From: Vicugna vicugna
Lineage: Eukaryota
Direction of reading: 5' to 3'
NCBI GenBank assembly: GCA_013265495.1
Contig: MU057552.1
Coordinates: 93,655 to 157,654 of the forward strand
DNA length: 64,000 nucleotides
The translations under genes and the position numbers were made by a program. The notes under the pieces were generated by a model. It had not been told where the DNA came from. It did not search any database and saw only the letters and a program-made list of their open reading frames with translations. The first letter of the stretch is position 1, and every line of letters begins with the position of its first letter. Shown here one piece after another: positions 45,470-59,330 of the stretch.

Positions 45470-46050
45470 ACTGAGCAAACAAACATAATTGGACATATAA
45501 GGAAACAAAACGTCTGATTGAAATGAAGGAAATAACACAGTGTTGAGATGGGGAGACGTTGGGGGAAGTGAGTCAAGAAAGCTATCTTTGAGTAGGTGAC
45601 ATGTGAGCTGAGATGTGGATGGTCATAATGAGGCCAGACTTTGAGGATCTGGGAAAAGTCATCCCAGGGATAGAGGCAGCTTGTCCAGTGGCCTCGAGGC
45701 ACAAATGCATTTGGCCGGTTTTAGGAGATACTGGAGCCAGTGCTGATGAGAATAATGAGACGCGAAGTTTAGAAGGGCATCAGGAGCACAGAAAGGAGTG
45801 AAGACTCTAAGTGCCGTGAGAAGCAGTCATGATAGTTTAAGCACTAAAGTAATTTTTTCTCACTCACGTTTTGCAAAGATAATGTGGAGAATGGATTTCA
45901 GGGACCCAGGAAGCAGGGAGATCAGGTAGGAGGCTCTTGGAGATGGTGGGAGCCAGGGTGGAATGCATTTGGGTAGTGGAGCTGCAACGATGCAGTAATG
46001 GGCTGGCTGTGGATGGAGAGGAGAAGAGGAGGGTCAATGTAGCCCCAGGT
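45470..46050 (-). mobile_element. LINE-2 fragment
   Basis: GAGTAGGTGACATGTGAGCTGAGA and related antisense L2 phrases. Confidence 0.6.
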
Positions 46051-46179
46051 CGGCGTGGAGCCAGGTGCCTGTTCTTTCTAATCTCAGTGCCCCATGCAGG
46101 TGCCCACCTACTTGGGCAAACCTTTTAACCTTCAAAGTGAGAGTTTTAAAACACTGTGAAGTGTTTTTGTTTGTTTCAC

Positions 46180-46266
46180 TTTTTTTAAACTTTTTTATTG
46201 ATTTATAATCATTTTGCAATGTTGTGTCAAATTCCAGTGTTCAGCACAATTTTTCAGTCATACATG
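46180..46266 (-). mobile_element. Very short L1 3' tail insertion
   Basis: TTTTATTGATTTATAATCATTTTGCAATGTTGTGTCAAATTCCAGTGTTCAGCAC flanked by TGTTTCAC direct repeats. Confidence 0.85.
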
Positions 46267-47073
46267 TTTCACATTTTATGGAAAGTTTCAAACATGTACA
46301 AAAGTAGAGAGAACAGTACAGCCGGCCTGCTTGTAGCGGTCACCCAGCTCCAGAATTATAAACTCAGAGTCACTGTTGTTCCATATTTTCTCTCCACCTC
46401 CCCCTCCCCCACTATGGGGTCATTTTGAAGAAAATCCTACATAGCTTAACCTCTCATTAGTGAAATGTCAAGATCTCTTTAAACACAATTGAAATAGTCC
46501 TTTCTTTTAGGGTCACAAAATAATTCCCTGATTATCCAAAAATATATTTTTAAGTAATTTTTGGACTGCAATCAGGATATAGACTAGGTTCAGACATTGC
46601 TGCTAGCATATCTCTCAAGTGGGTTCTAATCTATAATTTTCCTGTTTCTCATTTACCTTGAAATTGTAGAGGGGCTTCTGTGTTTTCTGTTTGGCTGAAT
46701 TCATTCTTCCCTGTGGTGTTAGACTTGTTTCTCCATCCTATGTATTTGCTTTAGCTAAGTGATTTGATCCTCCCCTAAAAGCTTGAGATTCAACTTTGTG
46801 CAAGAATACTTGTTACGTGGAGTTTTGTTCTCCTGTCACAAGGTACATAATGTCCAGTTGACTCTTTATTGTGATGGGAGCCAATAATGATTGTCATCTT
46901 GGATCATTATTTCATAAGGGATTTTATTTCATCTGGCCATACTCTAATTTCCTCCTTCATTTGTCAGCAGGATCACAGTCAAGGAAAGGCACTTTCTCAT
47001 TAACCCGGGTTATCCAGTAGAACAGTTTTCAAAGAGGATGTTTGTACATGCGTAAATATTTAAAGTTGATACA

Positions 47074-47186
47074 TTTTTCTTTTCTTTTTAAATATTTATT
47101 TTTTCTAATGGAGGTACTGAAGATTGAATCTAGGACGTTATGCATGCTGAGCACACACTCTGCCACTGAGTGTACCCCACCCCCCT
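47074..47186 (-). mobile_element. Vic-like tRNA SINE
   Basis: GGAGGTACTGAAGATTGAATCTAGGAC...TGCATGCTGAGCAC...CACTGAG. Confidence 0.8.
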
Positions 47187-49625
47187 TGAGATTCATATTT
47201 ATATGATGTTTTCCTTCTGTTATTTTTGTTTTATGCTATACAGTATTTGATGGCAGGGCGATGGGTTCGATGGCTCTTTAATCATTCTTTATGGGCTTTT
47301 AGGGTTTGTGTGTGTGTCTGTGTTTGTAAAAAAACAATTTTCCCATTATTTTAAGTATGTTTTGCTAAGGAAAATACATTGATCTGTTCCCTGCTCCTGG
47401 TCCACTTGTTCCCTTGGTTGTTTCCGACTAGTGACCCCTTGAGATCTGTGACAAGACTAGCATGTCGTTAATCCAGGTCGAAGGAGATCAGAAGAGATTT
47501 ATTCAAGGAGGTGAAATTTGTAGACAATGTATTAGAAAGTAGTGAGAAAGTTATTCATTAGAAGAAGGTCTGGGGTTGAATTGTTAAATTCACAGCAAAC
47601 TAAGCTATGAACCACCAAGCCAATTATTAACTCCAGGATAAATAAAGTAGGGAAGAAAAAAATAAGCCTAGAAGACAACTTGCTACAGCTGTGAACAGTC
47701 TGTACAGAGTCCTAATAATGCAACCCAAGGATATTGAGCTGATCAAAATTATAATGTAATCATGCCCAAAGGTTGGAAGAATGAAGGTTTGGGTGTGTAG
47801 ATGAGATGGGGTTTGAAAGAGAGCTTAATCCTCATCTTCCAAAATAAAAAGTCAAATAAGTGATACATAAAGCTGAAAAAGTCAGTAGGCTGTGCTACAA
47901 GGACATTAGTCAGAGATAGGGGGGTAATTATTCCAAGAGTCAGCAGTAGGAGCTGAACGTGTTTGCTTCTAGCCAGGAAATGGGGGCGGTTGTTGGGGAC
48001 TGCTCCTTTTTACAATAGGTGTTTTAGAACAGTTTGACACTTTAATGAATGTATGGTATAATTTTGATAAAAAGAAATCAAAACTGAATTTTGAAAAAAT
48101 TGATGTTAAGAATTGGGGTGTTTTTGACAGAGAGAGATAACAATCAGACAAAACTACATTTGAAGGGATCCTCATTATTCTTAGCCTTTCAGCAAGGACT
48201 AGGAGGCAGACATCTGTTTAAGGCTCAAAAATTCTTTCTGACCTTCTTGCCGACATGTAACCTTCGGAAGTAATGAACTCCCCGTCACTGTAAATATCCA
48301 GACAGAGGCTGCCTGCCCAGCTCTCTAACTGTAGCAGGGTGTGTTTACCATTGGGTATTTGGAGCAGAAAACTTCTTACATTCTTTCAGCTTTGAATGTG
48401 TCATTTCCAGGGTGGATAGTTGATAAGAATGTATTACAGAAAGCTTAACAAGAAAGAGTCCAAGACATCTGAAACCCATTGCCCGGGTTTTCTCTGCCAG
48501 ACACCATCCTGAGCCTGCCATCCGTGAGCCAGGCCACAAAGCCCAGTCACATGAGAATAAACACACTTTGTCCCTCCTATCTGATTCGGCATCGGGTTCA
48601 GCACTTTTCCCCATGGATTGGTCCACGCCCAGGTCTCTGACGATGGAGCTGGTCTCACAGCTTCTCTGTGAGTGCTGGTCCAGCCCAAGGGGGTTCCTGC
48701 TTGAAGTTTTCCAGGACTCCAGGCTGTTCTTAGAGCTGAGTCCCCCCTAGGCTAAGCCCACGGAACTCATCTCAGCTCCAGACTGAGCCGGAAGCCTTAG
48801 AGAGAACTCAGAGCTGAGGAAATCCACAGGTTTTACCCAGCACTGCCGAGTCAGGAGTGAGCCAGTTGAGGGAAGTATCAGCAACAAGACACACCTGAGC
48901 CGCCGTCTCATTGTTCCCCATCATCCCTAAACCCTCTGTGTTTGCCTGTCTGTGTTTGTCTCCCTTTCAGGACCAGCCTGGCACCGCTTCATGCCCTGCC
49001 CCCTTTCTTCTAATCTTGCCTACCTGGCCTTTTCCATCTACTCCAGATTAACTAAGAAACACTGAAGAGTTTTTAAAACCTAGGAACAACAGACGTGCTA
49101 GATACAAAGGATACAGGGCGGTAACTTCCTCAGTCACATACCTCCTGCTCTCTCCCATTCTCATAATGAGTTTTATAAATATTTTGTCAGAGAGACATTG
49201 CACTCCCAGTTGTTATCATTATCAGCCACTTTCTTATTATCTGTGGTTTACGATGCATTTACTCCTGGGAAGTTCCCGAGATAAGGCAGGAGCAGATGAC
49301 TGAGCAAGTTGTTGACGTACACTCGTGTCACACTTGTTAAGAACGATCTTTAGGGGGATTTGTTGAATGTGCCAGTCTTTCCATTGAGTGGTGATGATCC
49401 CCTGCATCTGCTCCGGAGTTGGCCTTGTCCCCTCCTTTGCCCTGTTCTCATTTATCTTGCTTCAGCAGGTTAACCAGTGATCAGTACTTCTATGATACGG
49501 AAAATACTTCTTATTTCATAGTAGAATTTGGGGTCTGCTATGAAAACGCGTATGTTTTAAGTGTGAATTGAGTCATAGGTTTAAACTTAAAGCCCCCTTG
49601 ATTTAGTGTCGGAAATTAATATGAT

Positions 49626-49760
49626 GGAGGGAGGGTATAGCTCAGTGGCAGAGTGCATGCCTAGCATGTATGAGGTCCTGGGTTCAAACCCTAATGGCTC
49701 CATTTAAAAAACAAATAAGTAACCTTATTGTGCCCCCCCAAAAAAGAAAAATTAAAAAAT
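49626..49760 (+). mobile_element. Vic-like tRNA SINE
   Basis: GGGAGGGTATAGCTCAGTGGCAGAGTGCATGCCTAGCATGTATGAGGTCCTGGGTTCAAACCC with Pol III A and B boxes and an A-tail. Confidence 0.92.
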
Positions 49761-49824
49761 GATATGAGGATGAAGCTACAGAATGATTATGTGTCTTCTG
49801 AAACTACATTTTGTCTTTCTGCAG

Positions 49825-49948
49825 GATAGAGAAGGTCAGAATCTACTTTGCTTGGCTGGGCTATTACACTTAGATGCTCCTCATGGCAGCAGTTGTGGGG
49901 GTGGCTTGCTTTCTGTATGGATATTTTAATCAAAATAACTACCTGGAG
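49825..49948 (+). pseudogene. ANO6: ANO6 pseudogene, exon 8
   Basis: [36 protein letters not shown] versus [37 protein letters not shown]. TAG at 49871-49873, deletions near both ends. Confidence 0.95.
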
Positions 49949-51275
49949 GTAAGTTCTCTTAATTTCTTGTTACCGTGCTGAAAATTTGACTAGACAAAAA
50001 TTGATTTTCAGGGTCTCTGACTGGCTTAGTAAAAGAAGATTCATTGCAGAGCACATCCTGCTTTGGATGATATATCCCTTTTGTCCTGAGGATAATAACT
50101 AAGTGAAATGAAAAAAAAATCTTCGATATTGTAGCCCAGCCTCTGACAGGAATATTACCTTTAGGGAACACTCCAATATCTTAGGACGAGGCTTTGTTTG
50201 AAAAAGAAAGGAGGTCTCGAGGGAAGATCATCCTTGAACTTCTGGCCCGCAGAGGAATGCTTCACTCAGCCCTACAGATGTGGGCCAAGTGCAGCCCTGA
50301 TTTCTTCAGGGTTTCAATGGCAAAATTGGTGATTTTCTGTGTTTAGAAATGATTTCTTAATATATACGGAGAAATACATGTTCAAAAACTGAAATCAGCA
50401 ATATTTTATTATTGTTTTTCTTTTAAAAAAAAAGGCCCTTACAGTGTTAGGAAGGCAAAAAAGTGATAAATAGTTTGGGCTTGATCTCGAAATTAAAGTA
50501 CCAGCTGCACTGTCTGGAGGGAAATACGTGGGTGGCAGAACACTGAATATCACCACCACTGCTCTGAATTGTGTTATTAGTCCTTTGCTTTTGGTGGCCT
50601 CAACCTCCAGAGGGGTGCAACACCGAATCAGGCATTTTCTCTTGTTCATCTGGCCTCTGTCCAGCTGTGATGGCCGGATCCACATTTCTGGGCACCAGCG
50701 ATGAGCTGCTGACCAGATTTCTCTAGCCCTGAGCCTATCGACCTGGCTCCACAGACAGAAGCTTACACGGCAGCTCTGTGTAATATGTAGGCATAATTAT
50801 TCATTCTGTTTAACAGAATTCTGAGAGTGTGTGCCCCCCATGGCTTCTTAGCTAGAAAGCTGCAGATGGTCTTTGAAGTACTCTCCTCTCTTCACCGAAA
50901 AATAGTTTAGGGCCAAAAGCTGAATATTGATGTCTTTTGCCTAAATTGTCTTTGGCTTCTCCATTGTTTTGTATATTGTTCCAACCAGAAAAAGGCATCT
51001 CAGAAATACAGGGACAAAGTGAAAAGGTAGTATTTTTATAAGGCTCTTGCATGGTAGTTGTTCTCATTACAGTTCATTTTAGGAAATGATAGTCACACCA
51101 CAAATTTCCTACTCTTTGACACAGATTAATTTACACAAAATATAAAGGACAGAGGTATGGGGTGTCTTGGGGATAATCTCCCTGTACTCAAAACTATTTG
51201 AGCTCTGTTTATTTAATTTTTAAATAGAATTGTTGTATTTAAAATATATGCATTTTAGATACATTTTAAATCTAT

Positions 51276-51356
51276 CTTTTTGTTCGAGGTACTAGTGATG
51301 GTACCCAGGACCTTGTGCATGCTAAGTGTGCACTCTACTGCTGAGCTCTACCCCCT
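51276..51356 (-). mobile_element. Vic-like tRNA SINE
   Basis: GAGGTACT...ACCCAGGACCTTGTGCATGCTAAGTGTGCACTCTACTGCTGAGCTCTACCCC. Confidence 0.85.
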
Positions 51357-51529
51357 AAATATTTTCAGTTAATTTTATTCCATACTGGGTAGATTCAAAA
51401 GAGTAGAAAATATATTAAAGCTGTCTCCCAGTTTAAGGAAAAGAAAATAACTGTTACCCACAAAGTACTATGTTGAATTTCATCCTCTCACTTTACACTC
51501 TAGAAGTAACAACTACAATAAATACTGAT

Positions 51530-54500
51530 TTTTTAACTTTTTTTATTGAGTTATAGTCATTTTACAATGTTGTGTCAAATTCCAGTGTAAAGAACAATTT
51601 TTCAGTTATAACAGAACATACATATATTCACTGTCATATTATCTTTTGCTGTGAGCACCACAAGATCCTATATATATTTCCCTGTGCTGCACAGCACAAT
51701 ACTATTTATCTATTCTACATTTTGAAATCCCACTTTGTCCCTTCCTACCCCCGTCCCCCTGGCTACCTCAAGTTTGTACTCTATGTCTATGAATATATTT
51801 CTGTTTTGTATTTATGCTTCGTTTTTGTTGTTGTTGTTGTTGTTTTTTAGATTCCACATATAAGTGATTTCATGTGGTATTTTTCTTTCTCTTGCTGGCT
51901 TACTTCACTTAGAATGACATTCTCCAGGTGCAAACACGTTGCTGCAAAAGGCATTACGTTGTCGGTTTTTATGGCTGAGTAGTATCCCATTGTATAAATA
52001 TACTACATCTTCTTTATCCAGTCACCTGTTGATGGATATTTAGGCTGTTTCCATGTCTTCACTATTGTAAATAGTGCTGCTATGAACATTGGGGTTCAGG
52101 TGTCGTTTTGAAGTAGAGTTCTTTCTGGATATATGTCCAGGAGCGGGATTCCTTGGTCATACAGTAAGTCTATTCCTACTCTTTTGAGGAACCTCCATAC
52201 TGTTTTCCACAGTGGCTGCACCAAACTGCATTCCCACCAGCAGTGTAGGAGGGCCCCCCTTTCTCCACAGCCTTTCCATCATTTGCCATTTGTGGATTTT
52301 TGAATGATGGCCATTCTGACTAGCTTGAGGTGATACCTCATTGTAGTTTTGATTTGCATTTCTCTGATAATTAATGATATTGAGTATTTTTTCTTGTTCC
52401 TATTGATCATTTCTATGTCTTCCTGGGACAATTGCTTGTTGAGGTCTTTTGCCCATTTTTGGATTGTGTTGTTTGATTGTTTCTTATTAAGTCATATGAG
52501 CTGCTTATATATTCTGGAGATCAAGCCTTTGTTGGTTTCCTTTGCAAAAATTTTCTCCCATTCTGTAGGTCTTTTTGTTTTACTTATGGTTTCCTTTGCT
52601 GTGCAAAAGCTTGTAAGTTTCATAAGGTCCCATTTGTTTATTCTTGATTTTATTTCTATTGCTTGAGATGACTCTTCTAAGAGAGCATTTTTGATATGCA
52701 TGTCAGATAATGTTTTGCCTATATTTTCTTCTAGGAGGTTTATTTTATCTTGTCTTATGTTTAAGTCTTTGATCCATTTTGGGTTGATTTTTGTGTACAG
52801 TGTAAGGGAGCATTCTAGCTTCATTTCTTCACATGTTGCTGTCCAGTTTTCCCAACACCACTTGCTGAAGAGGCTGTCTTTTTTCCATTGTATATTCTTG
52901 CCTCCTTTGTCCAGGTTGAGTTGACCAACTGTTTCTGAGTTCATTTCTGGGCTCTCTATTCTGTTCCATTGATCTACATGTCTGTTCTTGTACCAATACC
53001 ATGATGTCTTGATGACTGCAGCTCTGTAGTATTGTGTGAAGTCTAGGAGAGTTATTCCTCCAGGCTCTTCCTTTCTCTTCAGTAATGCTTTGGCAATTCT
53101 AGGTCTTTGATGGTTCCATATAAATTTTATTATGCTTTGTTCTAGTTCTGTGAAGTATGTTCTGGGTAATTTGATAGGGATTGCATTAAATCTGTAGATT
53201 GCCTTGGGCAGTGTGACCATTTTCACAATATTGATTCTTCCAATCAAAGAACATGGGATATCTTTCCATTTTTAAGAGTCTTCTTTAATTTCCTTCATCA
53301 ATGGTTTATAGTTTTCTGTGTATAATTCTTTCACCTCCTTGGTTATATTTATTACAGTGTATTTTATTACTTTGGGTGCTATTTTAAAGGGGATTGTTTC
53401 TTTAGTTTCTTTTTCTGTTGATTCATCATTAGTGTAAAGAAATGCAACTGATTTTTGAAAGTTAACCTTGTCACCTGCTACCTTGCTGAATTCTTTAAAC
53501 ACATCTAGTAATTTTTTGTGGACCTTTTAGAGTTTTCTATATATAGTAATGTATCATCGGCATATAATGACACTTTTATGTCTTATTTTCCAATTTGGAT
53601 CCCTTTTACTTCTCTCTCTTTCCTGATTGCTGTGGGCAGGACTTCCAAGACTATATTGAATAAGAATGGTGATATTGGACAACATTGTCTTGTCCCAGAT
53701 TTTAGTGGGAAGCTGTTGTGTTTTTCACCATTGAGTTCTATGCTGGCTGTAGGTTTGTCATATATAGCTTTTATTATGTTGAGATATGTTCCCTCTATAC
53801 CCACCTGGGTGAGAGTTTTTATCATAAATGGGTATTGAATTTTATCATAAGATCTTTCTGCATCTATTGAGATGATCATGTGGTTTTTGTCCTTTGTCTT
53901 GTTGATGTGATGTATTACATTTATTGGTTTGCATATGTTGAAACATCCTTATGTCCCTGGGATGAACCCCACTTGTTCATGATGTATAATCTTTCTTATG
54001 TGCTGTTGGATTCTATTTGCTAGTATTTTGGTAAGGATTTTTGCATCTGTGTTCATTAGTGATACTGGTCTATAATTCTCTTTTTTTGTGGTTTTGATAT
54101 CAGGGTAATGGTGGTTTTGATATCAGGGTAATGGTGGCTTCATAGAATGAGTTTGGGAGTTTTCCCTGTTTTTCAGTCTTCTGGAAGAGTTTGAGAAGGA
54201 CTGGTATGAGTTCTTTGTATGTGTGGGAGAATTCCCTGGTGAAGCCTTCCGGTCCTGGAATTTTATTAGTAGGGAGGTTTTCTATTGCTAATATGATTTC
54301 ATTTCTAGTGATTGCTTTGTTCAAGTGGTCAGTTTCTTCTTGATTGAGTCCTGGTAGACTGTATGTTTCCAGAAACTTGTCCATCTCTTGTATGTTATCC
54401 ATTTTGGTTCCATACATTTTTCATTATATTCTTGTATGATATTCTGTATTTCTATGATATTTTTTGTAATTTCTCCATTTTCCTTTCCTATTTTGCTTAT

Positions 54501-57390
54501 TTGTGCTCTTTATTTTTTCTTTGTGAGTTTGACCAGAGGTTTGTGGATTTTATTTACTCTTTCAAAAAAGCAGCTTTTGGTTTGATTGACATTTTTCTGC
54601 TTTTTTAAAATCTCTATTTTATTTATTTCCTCCCTGATCTTTATTATTTCCTTCCTTCCGCTGACTTTTGGGTGTTTTTGCTCTTCTTTTTCTTGTTCTT
54701 TTAACTGGTGGATTAGACTGTTTTTTCTTCTTTTATGAGGAAGGCCTGCATCACCCTAAACTTCCCTCTTAGCACTGACATTGCTGCATCCCATAAGTTG
54801 TGTGTGGTTGTGTTTTCATTTTCATTTGTCTCAGGGTATTTTTTAATTTCAACTTTGATTTCCTCATTGACCCATTTTTTTTAATAGCATGTTGTTTAAT
54901 CTCCATGCTTTCCTTTTTTTCTTCTTTGTTTCTCTGTAGTTGATTTCTAGTTTCATGGCATCGTGGTCAGTAAAGATGCCTGAGATAATTTCTATCTTAA
55001 AATACTTGAGGCTTCTTTTGTGCCCAAGTACATGATCAATCCTAGAAAATGTTTCATGCACACTTGAAAAGAATTTGTATCCTATTGTTGGGGGGCATAA
55101 TGCTCTGAAAATATCCACTAAATCTAATTTTTCTATTGTACCATTTAGTTTCTCTGTTACCTTATTTATTTTCTGTCTGGAAGATCTGTCTAGTGATGAT
55201 AATGCGGTGTTAAAATTTCTGACAATGATTGTATTCCCATCAATATCCCCCTTATCTCTGTTAGTAGTTCTTTTAAGTACTTAGGTTCTCCTATTTTGGG
55301 TGCATATATATTGATGATTATAATATCCTCATCTTGTATTACTCATTTAATCTTTATAAAATGTCCTTATTTAACTTTATGGCCCTTGTTTTAAAGTGCA
55401 TTTTGTCTGAAATCAGTACTGTTACACCTGCTCTTTTGGCTTTTCCATTTGCATGGAATATCCTGTTCCATCCTTTCACTCTCAATCTATATGTGTCCTT
55501 CTCCCAAAAGTGTGTCTGTTTTATGCAGCATATTGAAAGTTCTTGCTTTATTATCCAGTCTGCCACTCTACATCTTTTGACTGGAGCATTTAGTTCATTA
55601 AAATTTACTGTAATTAATAATAGATCAGTGTTTATTTGTATTTTGAACTTATTTTTGCATTTGATTTGGTATTTCCTCTTTGCTCCATTCTTCTTCCTTT
55701 TGTGGCTTGGCAATTTTCTTTTGTATTATCTTGGATTGTGTTTAGTTTTTGTGAGTCCCTTGTAAGTTTTTGACTTGTGGTTACCCTTTTTTGTAAGTCT
55801 ATTAACTTATTACTGTAACTGTGTGTACTAAATAGATAGTAATATAATCTCAAACCCATCCTACAGAGATTAAAAAAAATTTTACACAAAAGAAAGAAAA
55901 GAAAATACTCAGAGAAATGCAAATCAAAACTACAATGAGGTATCACCTCACACCATCAGAATGGCCTCATTCAGAAATCCATGAATGACAAATGTTGGAG
56001 AAGCTGTGGAGAAAGGGGAACCCTTCAATACTGCTGGTGGGAATGCAGTTTGATGCAGCCACTATGGAAAACTGTGGAGATTCCTCAAAAGACTAGGAAT
56101 AGACTTAACATATGACCAAGGAATCCCACTTCTGGGCTTGTATCCAGAAGGAAATCTACTTCAGGATGACACCTGCACCCCAATGTTCATAGCAGCACTA
56201 TTTACAAAAGCCAAAGCATGGAAACAGTCTAAATGTCCATCAACAGGTGACTGGATAAAGAAGATGTGGTATATTTATACAATGGAATACTACTTATCCA
56301 TAAAAACTGACAACATAATGCCATTTGCAGCAACGTGTTTGCACCTGGAGAATGTCATTCTAAGTGAAGTAAGCCAGAAAGAGAAATGAAAATACCATAT
56401 GAGATCGCTCATTTGTGGAATCTTAAAACAAAAACAAAAACAAACAAACAAACAAAAACAAAGCATAAATACAGGACAGAAATAGACTAACAGACAGAGA
56501 ATACAGACTTGTGGTTACCAGGGGGGTGGAGGGTGGGAAGGGATAGATTGGGATTTCAAAATTGTAGAATAGATAAACAAGATTACACTGTATAGCACAG
56601 AGAAATATACACTCACAGAGAATGTGACAGTGAATGTGTATATGTCCATGAATGAGTGAATAATTGTGCTGAACACTGGAATTTGACGCAACATTGTAAA
56701 ATGATTATAAACCAATAAAAATGTTAAAAGAAAAGAGAAAGAAAATACTTCATATTTTCTTGCTTCCCTTTCCCACTCTTAAAGATTTAGAAGTCCTCTT
56801 TTACAATTTTGTTTTTATTGCATTTGTAAAGCATGGTGGTTATCACCTTTCTGGTTATGAGTTTCTCATTTTTGTAGCATCCTGCTTCTTTTCTATTTAG
56901 AGCAGACTTATCAATTTTTTTTTATCATGGGTTTAATGTTGATAAACTCTTTGAGTTTTTGCTTGTCTGTGAAGATCTTTATCTCTCCTTCTATTCTAAA
57001 TGATTGCTTTGCTGGATATAGTATTCTAGGCTGCATTTTTTTTTCATTCAGGACTTTCAATATATCTTGCCACTCCCTTCTGGCCTGTAGTGTTTGTGTA
57101 GAGAAATCTGCTGAGAGCCTTAAGGGGTTCCATTGTAACTCTCTCTTTGTTTTCCTCTTGCCTGAAGGCATTTAGGATCATTTCTCTATCCTTGACTCTG
57201 GCCAACTTGATTAGGATATGTCTTGGTGTGTGTCTGTTTGTGTTCTCCCTGTTTGGCACCCTCTGATCCTCCTGAACTTGGATATCTGATTCCTTCTTTA
57301 GGTTTGGGAAGGTTTCAGTCATACTTTCTTCAAATACCTTTTCATTCCCCTTTGTTCTTTCTTCCCCTTCTGGAGCCCCTATTATGTATA
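51530..57390 (-). mobile_element. LINE-1, 3' end to mid-ORF1, disrupted; 5' part missing
   Basis: ORF2 fragments (251-aa ORF 52492-53247: [22 protein letters not shown]) and ORF1 fragments (LRLSADFSTQTLQARREW). Confidence 0.96.
55910..56737 (+). mobile_element. 5'-truncated L1 nested antisense in the previous L1
   Basis: ORF2 C-terminus and 3' UTR on the plus strand. TSD AAAGAAAATACT at 55898-55909 and 56738-56749. Confidence 0.92.
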
Positions 57391-57391
57391 G

Positions 57392-57673
57392 ATTTTTTAA
57401 AAATTTTTTATTGATTTATAATCATTTTACAATGTTGTGTCAAATTCCAGTGTTCAGCACAATTTTTCAGTCATTCATGGTCATATACACACTCATTGTC
57501 ACTTTTTTTCTCCGTGAGTTATCATAACATTTTGTGTATATATCCCTGTGCTATACAGTGTAATCTTGTTTATCTATTCTACAATTTTGAAATCCCAGTC
57601 TATCCCTTCCCACCCTCCACCCCCCTGGTAACCACAAGTCTGTATACTCTGTGAGTCTATTTCTGTCCTGTAT
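57392..57673 (-). mobile_element. Short L1 3' fragment with no visible TSD
   Basis: L1 3' UTR directly joins L1 ORF1 sequence (left) to 14 bp of intron before ANO6 exon 12 (right). Confidence 0.9.
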
Positions 57674-57687
57674 CCATTTTTAATTAG

Positions 57688-57763
57688 GAAGAAGAGCATG
57701 TTCCATTTACCACCTGGGGAAAGTGTATACCTATAACACTTTATGCAAGTGCTCTTTTTCTGG
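57688..57763 (+). pseudogene. ANO6: ANO6 pseudogene, exon 12
   Basis: EEEHVPFTTWGKCIPITLYASA..FFW versus EEERIPFTAWGKCIRITLCASAVFFW. 76 bp (2-bp deletion), GTAAG donor. Confidence 0.92.
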
Positions 57764-58169
57764 GTAAGAACCTGCCACAGACTTTTTAAAATCTAATGTG
57801 AAATGCTGAGAAAACTGAAAGTCAAGCTGGGAACTATGTAGTCTCATAGAGGAAGCTGTTTCCGGAGAACATCTGTGCCAACACAGGGAGCCACTCTGGA
57901 AGTTCCACAGTGTCTTCTGCTCACAGTGCTTCCCCCAATTCTTTTCACCTCATTTGTTCAAGTCAGATCAGTGGTTTAGGATTCTTCAGGGTCTGATTAA
58001 GAGAACAGAACGAGGCACTAAGAATTCTAAAATTTTCCAAGAGTAACAACAAAGGTAAAATGTCTAAGAATAGCCTAACCAAAGGATAATAGGAACTATC
58101 AAAATAAATACATACATACATACATACATACATACATACTTGCATACATACTACTGAAAGACATAAAAG

Positions 58170-59330
58170 ATACTATAAACACATGATTCTAGATTAAAAG
58201 ACCATATCTCCAAAATATCAGAACTTATAAAATTGACTTGGGGTTTATTGTGAATAAAATCATATTAGTAATATAATAATAAGATAATGACAGTTTCACT
58301 AGCTCAAGAATAGCCAGATTAGAGAATAGGACAGGAAGTCCAAATATGGGCTCTGATATCAATAATAATTTAATATGCAAGATGGAAGGAATTACAAATC
58401 AGGGAGGTAAATAAAGGTTATTCAATAAATGGAATACTTATTAGCTATTTGGGGGAAAATGTAAATATTGAAATCATACAGTGAATTATATATTGTGACA
58501 AATTCCAGAAACATTTAAAAAAGTAACACAATTAGAAAAATACTAGAAATAAATATGGATGAATATACAACCTCTAGATGTGTAATAAAATTCAGAGGAA
58601 AATATATAAAGATTTCCATGCCTCAGAAGCATCCTAAGTTTAAACAAAACACCAGAGGATGTTATTTGTTAACAAATCTGACAAGGGACTAATTCCTTCA
58701 ATACATAGAGAGTTCAGATCACTTCAAAGATAACACCAAAAAAATCTCAGAAGCGGAGAAGTCAAAGATGAACACACATTCACAAAGGAAATAAGTAGAT
58801 GTCAGGCTCCAATGTAATTCAGTCAGTGCACATCAAAATGAAATAGTTTTCCACCTCTTAAGTGACATAGCTCTGTTTGAGGATGAAGTGCCAGTAATCA
58901 CCAATCCCATGCCTAGGCTGCTGGATATTTTTTGTGAAGTATGGTTGATTTACAGTGCTGTATTAGTTTCCGGTGTACTCCTCCAGCCTTCTTAGAAAGC
59001 AGTCTGGCAGTTCATCTCAAGAGTCAAAAATATTCATATGCTTTAATCCACTAATTCAGCTTTGAAAAACTTTTAATCAGGAAGTATTTCAAAAAGGCAG
59101 GGAAAAGTCAGTATGGATGTAAGTCACAGGCATATTTTTATATGTATATATATAAAATCTTAGCCAAAATATTCTTCCAACCCTTCACATAGTAAAATAT
59201 TATGAAACCATGAAAAAGTGTGTCCATGAAAATATTTTATGACATGTCAAAGTGTTATGCTTATGATAGGCTTGAGAATAAAATTAATATATAAAATGAT
59301 TTTTAATATACAAACAATGAACAGTCCTGA
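58170..59330 (+). mobile_element. Ancient degenerate L1 (ORF2 3' part)
   Basis: A-rich with remnants such as TTATTCAATAAATGG, AAATCTGACAAGGGACTAATTCC and GAAAGCAGTCTGGCAG. Confidence 0.6.

Noticed and set aside
49626..49705. tRNA gene
   Set aside because: A and B boxes are present, but it is degenerate, A-tailed and repeated at several sites. It is a SINE.
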